64,000 bases of DNA from the IMG/VR virus record IMGVR_UViG_3300023174_000117, positions 23,581 through 87,580 of that record, one strand, 5' to 3'. Below the pieces are notes generated by a model. The model saw nothing but the letters and a program-made list of their open reading frames with translations. It was not told the DNA's origin and searched no databases. Below are positions 18,807-27,685 of this stretch, piece by piece (the first letter of the stretch is position 1; every line of letters begins with the position of its first letter). The DNA comes from a virus. Made by a program: the position numbers and the translations under genes.

Positions 18807-19430
18807 TCATCTATTGATCTTAGTTATAGCATCCCTTACCAAAGAAGCAGCCTTGAGGTCTCCAGAATCAATTAGATCTGAAGCCATCTTAACTAATTCA
18901 CGAACAACGTTCTTGCGAGAAGCGGCCTGCTTAACGATATCAGTTCTGATCTCTGAAGCAGTGACTCTCACTAGATCTGCGGCAAATCCCTCGCCCTTGG
19001 CTCTTAGACTTGCCTCAATCTTTCCTAGACCCTTCATTAGATATACATCTCTTTCGGAGGCTTCAGCATAATGAGATAGAGAGTCATCGGAGTCGTTCAT
19101 AAGATCGTCATCCATATAGTCTGCCATGGAATTCATATGTCCGTCTAAAGAGTCGTCATCAGCATCAGATGACTCATCAGATAGAAGGAAGTCAGAAGAA
19201 TCCCAAGACTCGTCTGAGGAATCAGAAGAATCATCTGATAGATCCTCGTTTGAATCTAGAGCAGAATCATCCATATGATGCATCATTTTGTCAGAAGCAT
19301 CGTCATCAACATGATGGACCTTCTTATCAGAAGCATCGTCATCAGCATCCATATGCTCTGGATGTGAGGCGGACTTAATTAGTTTTAACATTTCCTGGGC
19401 GATAGTGTCGCCAGCGTATTTATTAAACAT
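18807..19430 (-). CDS. Asp-rich putative scaffold/internal head protein
   Basis: Very acidic middle (DDDASD repeats); KYA/KSA/KQA/KMA motifs; two C-terminal helical motifs. Confidence 0.6.
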   Translation of the reverse strand: MFNKYAGDTIAQEMLKLIKSASHPEHMDADDDASDKKVHHVDDDASDKMMHHMDDSALDSNEDLSDDSSDSSDESWDSSDFLLSDESSDADDDSLDGHMNSMADYMDDDLMNDSDDSLSHYAEASERDVYLMKGLGKIEASLRAKGEGFAADLVRVTASEIRTDIVKQAASRKNVVRELVKMASDLIDSGDLKAASLVRDAITKINR

Positions 19431-19440
19431 AATTATCTCC

Positions 19441-21363
19441 TTATTCCCAGAGCATCTTTAGGATGTCGGAAGATGACTTGGATGGTGATTGCTCAGAGGA
19501 CTCAACACCAACATTAACTCCACCAAGATCTGTTGCAATCTTTACGGAAGAAATAGACTTTGCGTTAGCTACGCTTCTCTTGAAAGCTTCGAAAGCACGG
19601 TCATCGAAGTCCATGATGTCATCGACCTGCTTGTCTAGAGCAGTCTTGCTCATGCCAATTAGGCCTTTCTTCTGCATTTCAAGGGCGACGTCAAAAGCTC
19701 TGCGGAGCTTTAGCTTGTAGACTTCGCGGTCCTGATCAGCCTTCTTTGTGGAGAATGCCTCGGAAACAATTTCCTTTAGAGAGGCGGTCTTCTTCTCTTT
19801 TGCGTCATCAGACTTCTCTTCTTTGGGCTCTTCCTTCTTCGAAGCCTTTTCGGACTTCTTTGGCTCCTCGTCCTTCATCTTCTTTGATTTTGGAGCCTCT
19901 TCCTCCTCTTCGGCCTTACCCTTAGCCTTAGATGGCTTTGCTGGGGCCGACTTTGCAGCAGGAGCCTTCTTCTTTGCAGCCTGAACAAGAATCTCTTCTC
20001 TTCTTGCTCTTCTTAGATCCATGGCCATAGAGATTAGGTCTTGAACTTCATCATCGGAGTCGTCAGCCTGACCAATTATGTCGTGCATGTCGTGAGACAT
20101 GTCGCCAACTTCGGAGCTCATGTCGGAAGAATCGTCAGCCATGGTCTGATAGTCTTCTGCATAAACGACCTTTGCGGTTTTGGTCATAACCTGAGAAAGG
20201 GAGGATGCCATCTTGGTTAGTGCTGAGGTCTGACCGAGAGCTCTATCTGCATCTCTTAGTGAGTCACGAGCAATCTTATTGAGATCTGCAACGTTCTCAG
20301 AGGATAGTCTATGAGCATTCTCATAGGTCTCTGCGATCATGGCTAGCTCGTCAGCAGATTCATCCAACTCTGCAAGAGCAACCTTAAGCTGCTGAGAAAT
20401 CTCTCTAGAGAGCTTGACTTCCTCACCACCAGACTCAACGTCTGCAGCGCCCTGGTCTGCATCAATATTGACAGTTACCTTGCCGCCGCCCTCAATCTTG
20501 CCGAGTGCATCTCTAGCCTTGGCGACTGCCTCTTCGATTGAAACGAGAGCGTCCTCAACAGTCTTCTTAGGGGAGTCATCGCCCTCATCAGACATCTCGG
20601 GAGCTTCACCGGCAGGAGGAGCCATTGGTGGCATTGGTGGCATTGGAGGAGCGGGTGGTGCGCCAGCCTCTGGACCCATTGGGGGTGCTGGTGGCATCTC
20701 CTGTGCGCCCTTTAGAAGCATAGTTACGTGATCTAGGCCGCTAGCTCTGATCTGCTTGCAGACTTCCTGACCATACTCCTTGCTGGTGAACCAATCCCAA
20801 TTCTGGGATAGCTCGTCACCGAAGATTTCGGAGCCAGTTGCGGCGATAACACGCTTATCGCCAGCAAAAACCTCAAATACTGCGGCAGACTTGTTGATCT
20901 GACCGGATGGGGCTGGGGCCCAGCTTAGCTTGGTGGAGAGGGCTGGACCTTCATAAGAAGCTCTCTTCATCTTCTCTTTTAGCTGCTGATCGCCGGGGAA
21001 CATACCCTTGTCACCACCCATCTTGCCATCCTGATGCATCTGCTTGTCTTCATCGAATGGGAAGGGCTCAGACTTAAAGGTTTTTGGCTCAGCACCCTCA
21101 GAGGCGCCCTGGAAGTAAGCAAGACGGCGAAGTCTTCTTTCCTCAAGCTGGGCTCTGCTGAGCTTCTGCTTGATGTCCTGGTCTCCTGGGAAGCTGCCTT
21201 CGGCGCCGCCCATCTTACCATCCTGATGCATCTGCTTGTCTGCCTCGAAAGAGAAGGTCTCTTTCTTGAAGGTTGCTGGCTCAACGGCCTTATCAGAACC
21301 ACCCTGGTGATAAGCTAACTTTCTTCTTAGCTCAGCACGCTTTCTTAAACTAGACTCACTCAT
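19441..21363 (-). CDS. Nested in-frame scaffold protein (640 aa)
   Basis: GGAGGATATAATG at 21373-21361, with an abrupt switch to capsid-like codon usage at this ATG. Confidence 0.55.
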   Translation of the reverse strand: MSESSLRKRAELRRKLAYHQGGSDKAVEPATFKKETFSFEADKQMHQDGKMGGAEGSFPGDQDIKQKLSRAQLEERRLRRLAYFQGASEGAEPKTFKSEPFPFDEDKQMHQDGKMGGDKGMFPGDQQLKEKMKRASYEGPALSTKLSWAPAPSGQINKSAAVFEVFAGDKRVIAATGSEIFGDELSQNWDWFTSKEYGQEVCKQIRASGLDHVTMLLKGAQEMPPAPPMGPEAGAPPAPPMPPMPPMAPPAGEAPEMSDEGDDSPKKTVEDALVSIEEAVAKARDALGKIEGGGKVTVNIDADQGAADVESGGEEVKLSREISQQLKVALAELDESADELAMIAETYENAHRLSSENVADLNKIARDSLRDADRALGQTSALTKMASSLSQVMTKTAKVVYAEDYQTMADDSSDMSSEVGDMSHDMHDIIGQADDSDDEVQDLISMAMDLRRARREEILVQAAKKKAPAAKSAPAKPSKAKGKAEEEEEAPKSKKMKDEEPKKSEKASKKEEPKEEKSDDAKEKKTASLKEIVSEAFSTKKADQDREVYKLKLRRAFDVALEMQKKGLIGMSKTALDKQVDDIMDFDDRAFEAFKRSVANAKSISSVKIATDLGGVNVGVESSEQSPSKSSSDILKMLWE

Positions 21364-22572
21364 TATATCCTCCAAAACTGACGATAACATTGATTTGTTA
21401 AAATGATCATTTTCTTCTTCTGCTGCAAACTTAGATACTGACGCTTTTTTTGCATCCCAAGTATTATCTGGAATCACTCCTCCAGCCTGAAATTCATTTG
21501 AATCGCTAGGTGAAGCAATTAGTGAGCCAGAAGCGCCAGTATAGTCTTTAACGTCAAAATCATCAGATCCTACCAAGCCAGTTATTGGATTTGTAGTTTG
21601 TCCTGATGTAAAATTTTCCATATTCTGTGGGGAGCCCTGTACAACTGGGGCGTCTGTGGATGCAACTTTTAATAAATTATTCTTGGTTAAGAAACTTGTG
21701 ATGATTTTCTTTCTCTCTGTTATGGAGCAACCTTCATCACCACAAGCTGTCTTGACTATCGTGTTTAGATGCTGAGCTTGCTCTGAAGATAGGCTGCCCA
21801 ACATTTCTTCGAAATTATCTACACCATAGTTTACGAATTCATCACGATAGCTTTTTAGCGATGCTATACACTTCAATAGGACCGCACCAGCTTCCGCAGG
21901 CTGAACAACAAGAGAGTATTCAATTGGCTTCAATCCAACGTTTATTTCGCCCCAAGCAGATCTCTTTGTGACATGATCACAATATTCTTTTGCGGTCTTT
22001 GCTTTATTTCCACATTCGGAGCAAACAGATACTTCTACTGCGGTTCCCATCGAACCATATCTTACTATACCTGTCTCAACTTTCTTTGCCAAATCAGCAT
22101 AATTTATGCGATCTAGAGCGCAGAGGCCAACGACCTGTTTTAGCTTTTCGTCGTAATGAGTATCTAGAATAATTCCTCTTATACCATCAACAGAATCTGA
22201 GATATGATCCTTGCATAGAGGTTTTCCAATCCAATCTCTTGCGGCTTTTTTAAGCTCTGCTTCGGGGAAAATATCGGAATTGCTGTTTTTGTGTGGGCGA
22301 ACGTTACCGTGCCATCTCCAGTTGTCATCAAAGTATCCCCAAGCTCTTTCTCTTCCAACCTTCTTGAGATCTCCCTTTTCATCTATAAGGGCTGACTCGG
22401 CGGCCTTAATGAATATAATAGAGAAATAAAGAAAGTCATCTGACTTTGGGGCTATAGACTTAATTTCGTGAGCAAGCTTCGTCATGCGATCCACAATGAC
22501 TGGATCAGCAAGAACTGCTTCGCTACTTAAAGGAGTGATCTCCGAGGAACTGTATCCTACTTTTTTAAACAT
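19441..22572 (-). CDS. Prohead protease-scaffold fusion
   Basis: N-domain with N.NSDIFP..EL, GKP...DH, SMG....S.CSECGN...C.H and E.S.V..PA motifs; long helical and Pro-rich C-terminal region. Confidence 0.75.
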   Translation of the reverse strand: MFKKVGYSSSEITPLSSEAVLADPVIVDRMTKLAHEIKSIAPKSDDFLYFSIIFIKAAESALIDEKGDLKKVGRERAWGYFDDNWRWHGNVRPHKNSNSDIFPEAELKKAARDWIGKPLCKDHISDSVDGIRGIILDTHYDEKLKQVVGLCALDRINYADLAKKVETGIVRYGSMGTAVEVSVCSECGNKAKTAKEYCDHVTKRSAWGEINVGLKPIEYSLVVQPAEAGAVLLKCIASLKSYRDEFVNYGVDNFEEMLGSLSSEQAQHLNTIVKTACGDEGCSITERKKIITSFLTKNNLLKVASTDAPVVQGSPQNMENFTSGQTTNPITGLVGSDDFDVKDYTGASGSLIASPSDSNEFQAGGVIPDNTWDAKKASVSKFAAEEENDHFNKSMLSSVLEDIMSESSLRKRAELRRKLAYHQGGSDKAVEPATFKKETFSFEADKQMHQDGKMGGAEGSFPGDQDIKQKLSRAQLEERRLRRLAYFQGASEGAEPKTFKSEPFPFDEDKQMHQDGKMGGDKGMFPGDQQLKEKMKRASYEGPALSTKLSWAPAPSGQINKSAAVFEVFAGDKRVIAATGSEIFGDELSQNWDWFTSKEYGQEVCKQIRASGLDHVTMLLKGAQEMPPAPPMGPEAGAPPAPPMPPMPPMAPPAGEAPEMSDEGDDSPKKTVEDALVSIEEAVAKARDALGKIEGGGKVTVNIDADQGAADVESGGEEVKLSREISQQLKVALAELDESADELAMIAETYENAHRLSSENVADLNKIARDSLRDADRALGQTSALTKMASSLSQVMTKTAKVVYAEDYQTMADDSSDMSSEVGDMSHDMHDIIGQADDSDDEVQDLISMAMDLRRARREEILVQAAKKKAPAAKSAPAKPSKAKGKAEEEEEAPKSKKMKDEEPKKSEKASKKEEPKEEKSDDAKEKKTASLKEIVSEAFSTKKADQDREVYKLKLRRAFDVALEMQKKGLIGMSKTALDKQVDDIMDFDDRAFEAFKRSVANAKSISSVKIATDLGGVNVGVESSEQSPSKSSSDILKMLWE

Positions 22573-22596
22573 TAAAATTCCCTGTTATTTTACAAA

Positions 22597-22788
22597 CTAT
22601 TCTTCTAAATTAGTTGAAAATTTTTTTTGTGTAAAAAAATCACTTGATTTTTTATAATCAGGATTTTCTGAACATCTGCAGACGCTTCTATCGTTTATTA
22701 TCAGTAACTTATTACCGCAATTCTCGCAAACTTCTGAGGAATCTTCAACGGAAGTAGAGTTTGTTGTATCTCCGTATTTCAAAAACAT
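22597..22788 (-). CDS. Small Zn-ribbon protein
   Basis: CENCG...CRC; AGGTGA RBS. Confidence 0.55.
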   Translation of the reverse strand: MFLKYGDTTNSTSVEDSSEVCENCGNKLLIINDRSVCRCSENPDYKKSSDFFTQKKFSTNLEE

Positions 22789-22795
22789 TGGTCAC

Positions 22796-24940
22796 CTATT
22801 TTGTTAAAACTTTTTGATTTAAAATATTTTGAGAAATATAATCAATAAAATTATTTATATTGTTCTCAAGATCTTCGGTTGATTTGGAAAACTTCTCTGT
22901 ATCTTCAGCTAGTTTTGCGATAAATACTTCTGGCTCGGATATTTTATCGACAAGCGCAAAGATCTCCTCAACAACATCGACGTATTGAGAGCAGGAAATC
23001 GTCAAAGAGTCTATTTTTTCTGATACAGATGAGATATCTTTAATCTCGTTCATTATCTGTAGAGATGATTTGATGACAGATAGAGCGTCAAAAACTCTTT
23101 TTGCGTTTCTTCGGCAAGACTGCTGATAAGCACCTTTGTAGGTTTTTATTAATTCGGGCTTATCTTTTATTTTTGAGAATTCTTGATTATTAGCTTGTAG
23201 CTTATCTAATACGATTGAAACTAAATCTAAAGATTTTTTTAATTTCAAGTAAGCCTTTTTTGCCTCAGACTTTATGGAATCTGGAATAGGTATTCCAGAA
23301 ACTTTCTTGAATTCCGCCGAAGAGATGTATCTAAAGTTTTTGCCACCAAATCTTTCGGACGCAACTCTTATGATCTGGCTTGGTTCTAAATCATTTGATA
23401 TTGTAAATACCTCGCTGGCCCAAAGATCAGGATGAACCAAAAGCTCTTCTTCAGCCCTCTTCAGAATAAGCTTCTTTAAAAGATCTGAATTTTCTATATT
23501 TCTAGTTGCGAATACAACTTTATCTCCGGAAGCAATGCTTTTGTTTAATTCATAAATTATTCTTCTTGCTTCAGGATTCGTGTTGCTTTCTTTTGCCATA
23601 AAATTAGAAAAGCTACCCAATTTATTTGGGATAACCGAATAATCTTTGTATTGACCCACCTTGGAAAGAAATTCTTTCAATCCGATAATCTTGGAGGACT
23701 CGCCTTTGCTAGATAGGGAAGATTTTTTAAATATCTTTATTTTTGCATCCTTATCGAAGATGATTTGATCAAAATCAAAGATAGAAACATTTGAATTAAA
23801 ATCACTGCTAGAAGCAATTTTAGATAGGGGAGGGATGGAGAAAGGACTGGTGCCACTAATTATATCGTAATTTTTAAATTCAATTTTTTTATTTGAAAAT
23901 TTTGTTATACGATGATAAGTTGGCCTATCAGAAGTCAGCTCCTTTGTCGAAGAGTACTTCTCAAACTGTTCGCCATTTACTGAGGATACAGTTATTTTAT
24001 CGCCAACATTTATTCCTAATTTATCGGAAGTTTCTCCGAGAACTTCCAGAACGCATGAAATATTCGCTGCACCAAAACTGCCGATTGTCCCCGGAATAAT
24101 ATTCTTGCAGATCTTCTTTATCTTATTGTCTGCATCGATAAAAATTATGTCAATTGGAAAATCCACTGTCCCCATGTGATACATTACATCTTGAGGCCTG
24201 TCGTATGGGAAAATCAGACCGGAACCATATTTTAATCTAGGGTAAGTTTGAAGTCCTGCAATTTTGTCTTCTATATTTGATGCAACGTCACAAATAAACC
24301 AGGCTTTTCCATCGAGACTTTTTGAGTCAGATATTTCTATTGATGCGACCTTTGAAATCTCATTCTTCTCTACGTAGTAAAGACCATCATTATGATCGCT
24401 CTCTTTTATTTCAAAGCCTAACTTGCTGAGATAATCGACAGACTTCTTATTTGCATTTACAATAACACCCTTGCAGACTGGTCTCGAATACTGACTGATG
24501 TTGAAAAAAATTCTTTTTTGATCTTCTGGTGTAAAATCCTCAAGATTAATTAGGAATCCGGAAAACTTCTTCATAATGGGAGAATTCCTCAGATCAATTC
24601 TTAGGAAATCATCTCCTCCCTTTGAAGAAAATTTAATCACAGAGTCGCCTACATCATTACCGGGGTCTATGTTGTAGGTGATTACAGTTCCATATTTACC
24701 TACAGATGAGCTTATTTTCTGCAGAGTCTTCTGAAAAGAATTTTTTGACAAGCTCAAAGTTACGTCAGGATCTTGATCTGAAACATCACTGATATGGCCT
24801 TGCTCATAGGAATCCACTGGAGAAAATGGTACTCCGGAATCATACCTTATTTCGCTTCCATGCTCTTTTTGGGTGGCAGTTTCGAAATTTTTATTTCGCT
24901 GACTTTCCAATGTTAGTAATGATTCTGAATTTTTGCGCAT
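22796..24940 (-). CDS. Multidomain protein containing DUF192
   Basis: GL......GLIF......MYHM..VDFPIDIIFID....VLEV.G.....GI.VGD matches DUF192; flanked by GNAT-like and HAD-like remnants. Confidence 0.65.
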   Translation of the reverse strand: MRKNSESLLTLESQRNKNFETATQKEHGSEIRYDSGVPFSPVDSYEQGHISDVSDQDPDVTLSLSKNSFQKTLQKISSSVGKYGTVITYNIDPGNDVGDSVIKFSSKGGDDFLRIDLRNSPIMKKFSGFLINLEDFTPEDQKRIFFNISQYSRPVCKGVIVNANKKSVDYLSKLGFEIKESDHNDGLYYVEKNEISKVASIEISDSKSLDGKAWFICDVASNIEDKIAGLQTYPRLKYGSGLIFPYDRPQDVMYHMGTVDFPIDIIFIDADNKIKKICKNIIPGTIGSFGAANISCVLEVLGETSDKLGINVGDKITVSSVNGEQFEKYSSTKELTSDRPTYHRITKFSNKKIEFKNYDIISGTSPFSIPPLSKIASSSDFNSNVSIFDFDQIIFDKDAKIKIFKKSSLSSKGESSKIIGLKEFLSKVGQYKDYSVIPNKLGSFSNFMAKESNTNPEARRIIYELNKSIASGDKVVFATRNIENSDLLKKLILKRAEEELLVHPDLWASEVFTISNDLEPSQIIRVASERFGGKNFRYISSAEFKKVSGIPIPDSIKSEAKKAYLKLKKSLDLVSIVLDKLQANNQEFSKIKDKPELIKTYKGAYQQSCRRNAKRVFDALSVIKSSLQIMNEIKDISSVSEKIDSLTISCSQYVDVVEEIFALVDKISEPEVFIAKLAEDTEKFSKSTEDLENNINNFIDYISQNILNQKVLTK

Positions 24941-24949
24941 AAGTAGCCT

Positions 24950-26002
24950 CTAGATATGTTTCTTTAGTTCTTCTAAAACAGCCTTAATAAAATAACCATC
25001 TTTTCCGTTTAATATATTCTTAACAAGAGCGATACTCGTTCCGATTGCTGCACCGGCAGGAGTTTTCTTAGCAACCATCTCGGATACATTAAGGTTGGAT
25101 ATCCTACCTCTTATGTTGGCCCTCGCCTTATTCCTTGAATTCATAGAAAACTTAGAAATCATTATCATGATGATTTTTGAAATTTGCTCGCCAACCGTCT
25201 TTGGATCGGTAGAAACAACCTGAGCCTCCTTGAGAAGTCCTATGTTAGATACGACCTCTTTATAAGCCAACTCCTTTGCCTTGTCTAGTGGTAATCCTGA
25301 GTCAAAATGCTTTCTAATTGATTTTGAAAAATCCATGGAAAATTTTTGAATCTTTTTACTCGAATCAGGCATATCAGACATATATATCTTGTATATATAA
25401 TCTATATATAGTGACTCATAAGATATTTTTTCAACTTCAGCATTTTTAACAATTAAGAAATTTAAAAAATCAGAAAGAACAACGTTACCGGAGACATCCG
25501 ATACGTTTTTTAGATTGTGTAGAGTATTTCTGATATCATTGCTTATTTTTTCATCATCCTCAATGGATGTTTTTAGATTATACATATCCGGCGTTATTTT
25601 GGGATTAATCTCCGCCGGGAGTCCCGAAGAAACTGGATAGGAGTCTCCAGGCATAATAAACCCAAATCTCCCTCCATTCTCAGTGTTGCTTTCATCGCCC
25701 CCAACGAGAGAGGGTATGTTTGCAAAATCAACTAATTCATCTGCAGGTCTAGAGCTGTATGATGTCTTTTTTATCTTTTTTTCGGTCTTGCCAAAGCCAG
25801 GCTTGTTCACCATCTCGCTCATAGTATGAGCTTTATACTTCTTTGGTTTAAAGCTTGTTTTTCCATCTCCATCCGGATCTTTCAGCTTTCCCTTTCCCTG
25901 AACTAAGTCGGTAATTGTAAAAATTACCTCCTTTCCAGATGGAGATTTTGTTTTATAAAGAGAGGTTGTGGCAGAGCCATTGAAAGCTTTCTTGTTATTC
26001 AT
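24950..26002 (-). CDS. Putative internal head protein
   Basis: KKA/KNA/KEAQ motifs; own late-promoter motif. Confidence 0.55.
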   Translation of the reverse strand: MNNKKAFNGSATTSLYKTKSPSGKEVIFTITDLVQGKGKLKDPDGDGKTSFKPKKYKAHTMSEMVNKPGFGKTEKKIKKTSYSSRPADELVDFANIPSLVGGDESNTENGGRFGFIMPGDSYPVSSGLPAEINPKITPDMYNLKTSIEDDEKISNDIRNTLHNLKNVSDVSGNVVLSDFLNFLIVKNAEVEKISYESLYIDYIYKIYMSDMPDSSKKIQKFSMDFSKSIRKHFDSGLPLDKAKELAYKEVVSNIGLLKEAQVVSTDPKTVGEQISKIIMIMISKFSMNSRNKARANIRGRISNLNVSEMVAKKTPAGAAIGTSIALVKNILNGKDGYFIKAVLEELKKHI

Positions 26003-26029
26003 AGTTTTTATTTTAATATTAGCAGGTTG

Positions 26030-27682
26030 TTAAGCTGGAGTTGGAGGCTCCCCGCCCGCAGGAGAAGATGACATTCCTGGCAACCCGCCTCCACCACCAG
26101 CCGCTGGTTCTGCGGGAGTGACTTCTTCTGGTGGCTCCGGTATTGCTTTTTCTGGGTCAAGAGACAGTAGTTCCGATAGTCTCATGTTTCCAAGGATGCT
26201 CTTTTCCTTGTTTGTAATTGCTTCGTGAATAGCCTCTTCTCTTAATCTCTTTTGCTCTTCTTCGTAGCTTAGACCCAAGCTTCTGCATAGAGTCTGAACT
26301 GAGATTTGCTTATTACCAACATAATTACCTAAGGTTTGGACGTAATCATTCAAATCGTATAGATTCATATGGTTGAAGTCGATAGAAGGAACTTGAAGTC
26401 TTTTTTCGCCATCAACATATTCAAAGAAATCTTGAAGCTCGCACATTGGGGCGAAAATTTTGCGCTCCAACCATTTTTTAATCATATTTCGGAATATATC
26501 ATAACGCTGCCTTAGGACTTCAAGACCAACAGAAGATGAGGCATAGGATGCTCCCTCTTGATCAAACAATGCCTTTGGTGCCATAAGCCCATTATACAAG
26601 TTATTCATAATAAACTCTAAATCCGAACCCACATCAAGTGTTGCGCCGGAGAATCCAACTCTAGCAATATCGACATTATTATGAGTGACAATTTTGAAAT
26701 CTTTGTCGTATTGAGCTTCCTCAAGAACCTGTCTAAAAGCCTCAATGTCATTTTGAGTTGGTTTGTATTCATCACCGCCAAGCTTGACGAGAGTTATAGG
26801 GTTAATCATTCCGTCGGCCTGAGCAAATTTTGATTCACGAATTTTATCTAAAAGCATCAAGTCTTTGTAAACAGAAACGATAATTGAAGTACCCCTTATA
26901 TCATAAGGTGAGCTTAGGAGTTTTAGGTGTGATACGTTAAATGTATCAAGTGGAATATTCTGATTTCTTCTCACATAATCAAGAATATGTGTTGGTAACT
27001 TGGATTTTATAACCGCATCCGATGGATCGCTAGAAGTCGCCAGTCTTTTCAGTGTGGCATCTGGCATGAGAGAAACTATAGTTTGGTCACCTATTACAGA
27101 CTTTTTAACATGCACATAGTCTGGATTTAAGATAGTTATTCTTTTCCATGTTCCAGATGCCTGATCTAGCTCGGAATAAGGAAAGACCTCTCCAAGCTTC
27201 CAATACTCCAAAGCAACACCATAAACTATTGAATAAAGATCGATTTTCTCAGACCACTCCAAGAAAAACTGCTGAACCTTTTTATTCTTGCAAGAGATGT
27301 TTATTTTGCTTAGCGGATAAGATGAGTGGAGGTTTACTGCGTTTCTAACGATTGGATTGGTATCGTAATAGATACGATTCCAAGAGTTCATCGTTACGCG
27401 ATCTCTTGGCAAATTTAGATTTGCAAGCAAGAATAGGGGCGAGAAAACATCAGGTGCCATACGATCTGTGTCGTGTGTTGTTTTCAAAGGCCCCATTGGG
27501 GAAGCGATTGAGCCCTGCTTTTTGAAGTTAGTGCTATGAGCAATTGCCGCATTGGGAACTAAGCTTGATGCCTCAGCTTTGTTAACAACTTCTGAAATTT
27601 GTGCCCTTCTAATCTCGCTAAGAGACTCGGAGGCATATTTTGAAATTTGAGATTCAGATGGCGGCCTACTAACTCTTCTCAT
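26030..27682 (-). CDS. Portal protein
   Basis: Directly after TerL; P.VRNAV, GE.F, LNPD.V, SPY..RG.S.I segments; Pro/Gly tail; about 550 aa. Confidence 0.8.
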   Translation of the reverse strand: MRRVSRPPSESQISKYASESLSEIRRAQISEVVNKAEASSLVPNAAIAHSTNFKKQGSIASPMGPLKTTHDTDRMAPDVFSPLFLLANLNLPRDRVTMNSWNRIYYDTNPIVRNAVNLHSSYPLSKINISCKNKKVQQFFLEWSEKIDLYSIVYGVALEYWKLGEVFPYSELDQASGTWKRITILNPDYVHVKKSVIGDQTIVSLMPDATLKRLATSSDPSDAVIKSKLPTHILDYVRRNQNIPLDTFNVSHLKLLSSPYDIRGTSIIVSVYKDLMLLDKIRESKFAQADGMINPITLVKLGGDEYKPTQNDIEAFRQVLEEAQYDKDFKIVTHNNVDIARVGFSGATLDVGSDLEFIMNNLYNGLMAPKALFDQEGASYASSSVGLEVLRQRYDIFRNMIKKWLERKIFAPMCELQDFFEYVDGEKRLQVPSIDFNHMNLYDLNDYVQTLGNYVGNKQISVQTLCRSLGLSYEEEQKRLREEAIHEAITNKEKSILGNMRLSELLSLDPEKAIPEPPEEVTPAEPAAGGGGGLPGMSSSPAGGEPPTPA

Positions 27683-27685
27683 TTT

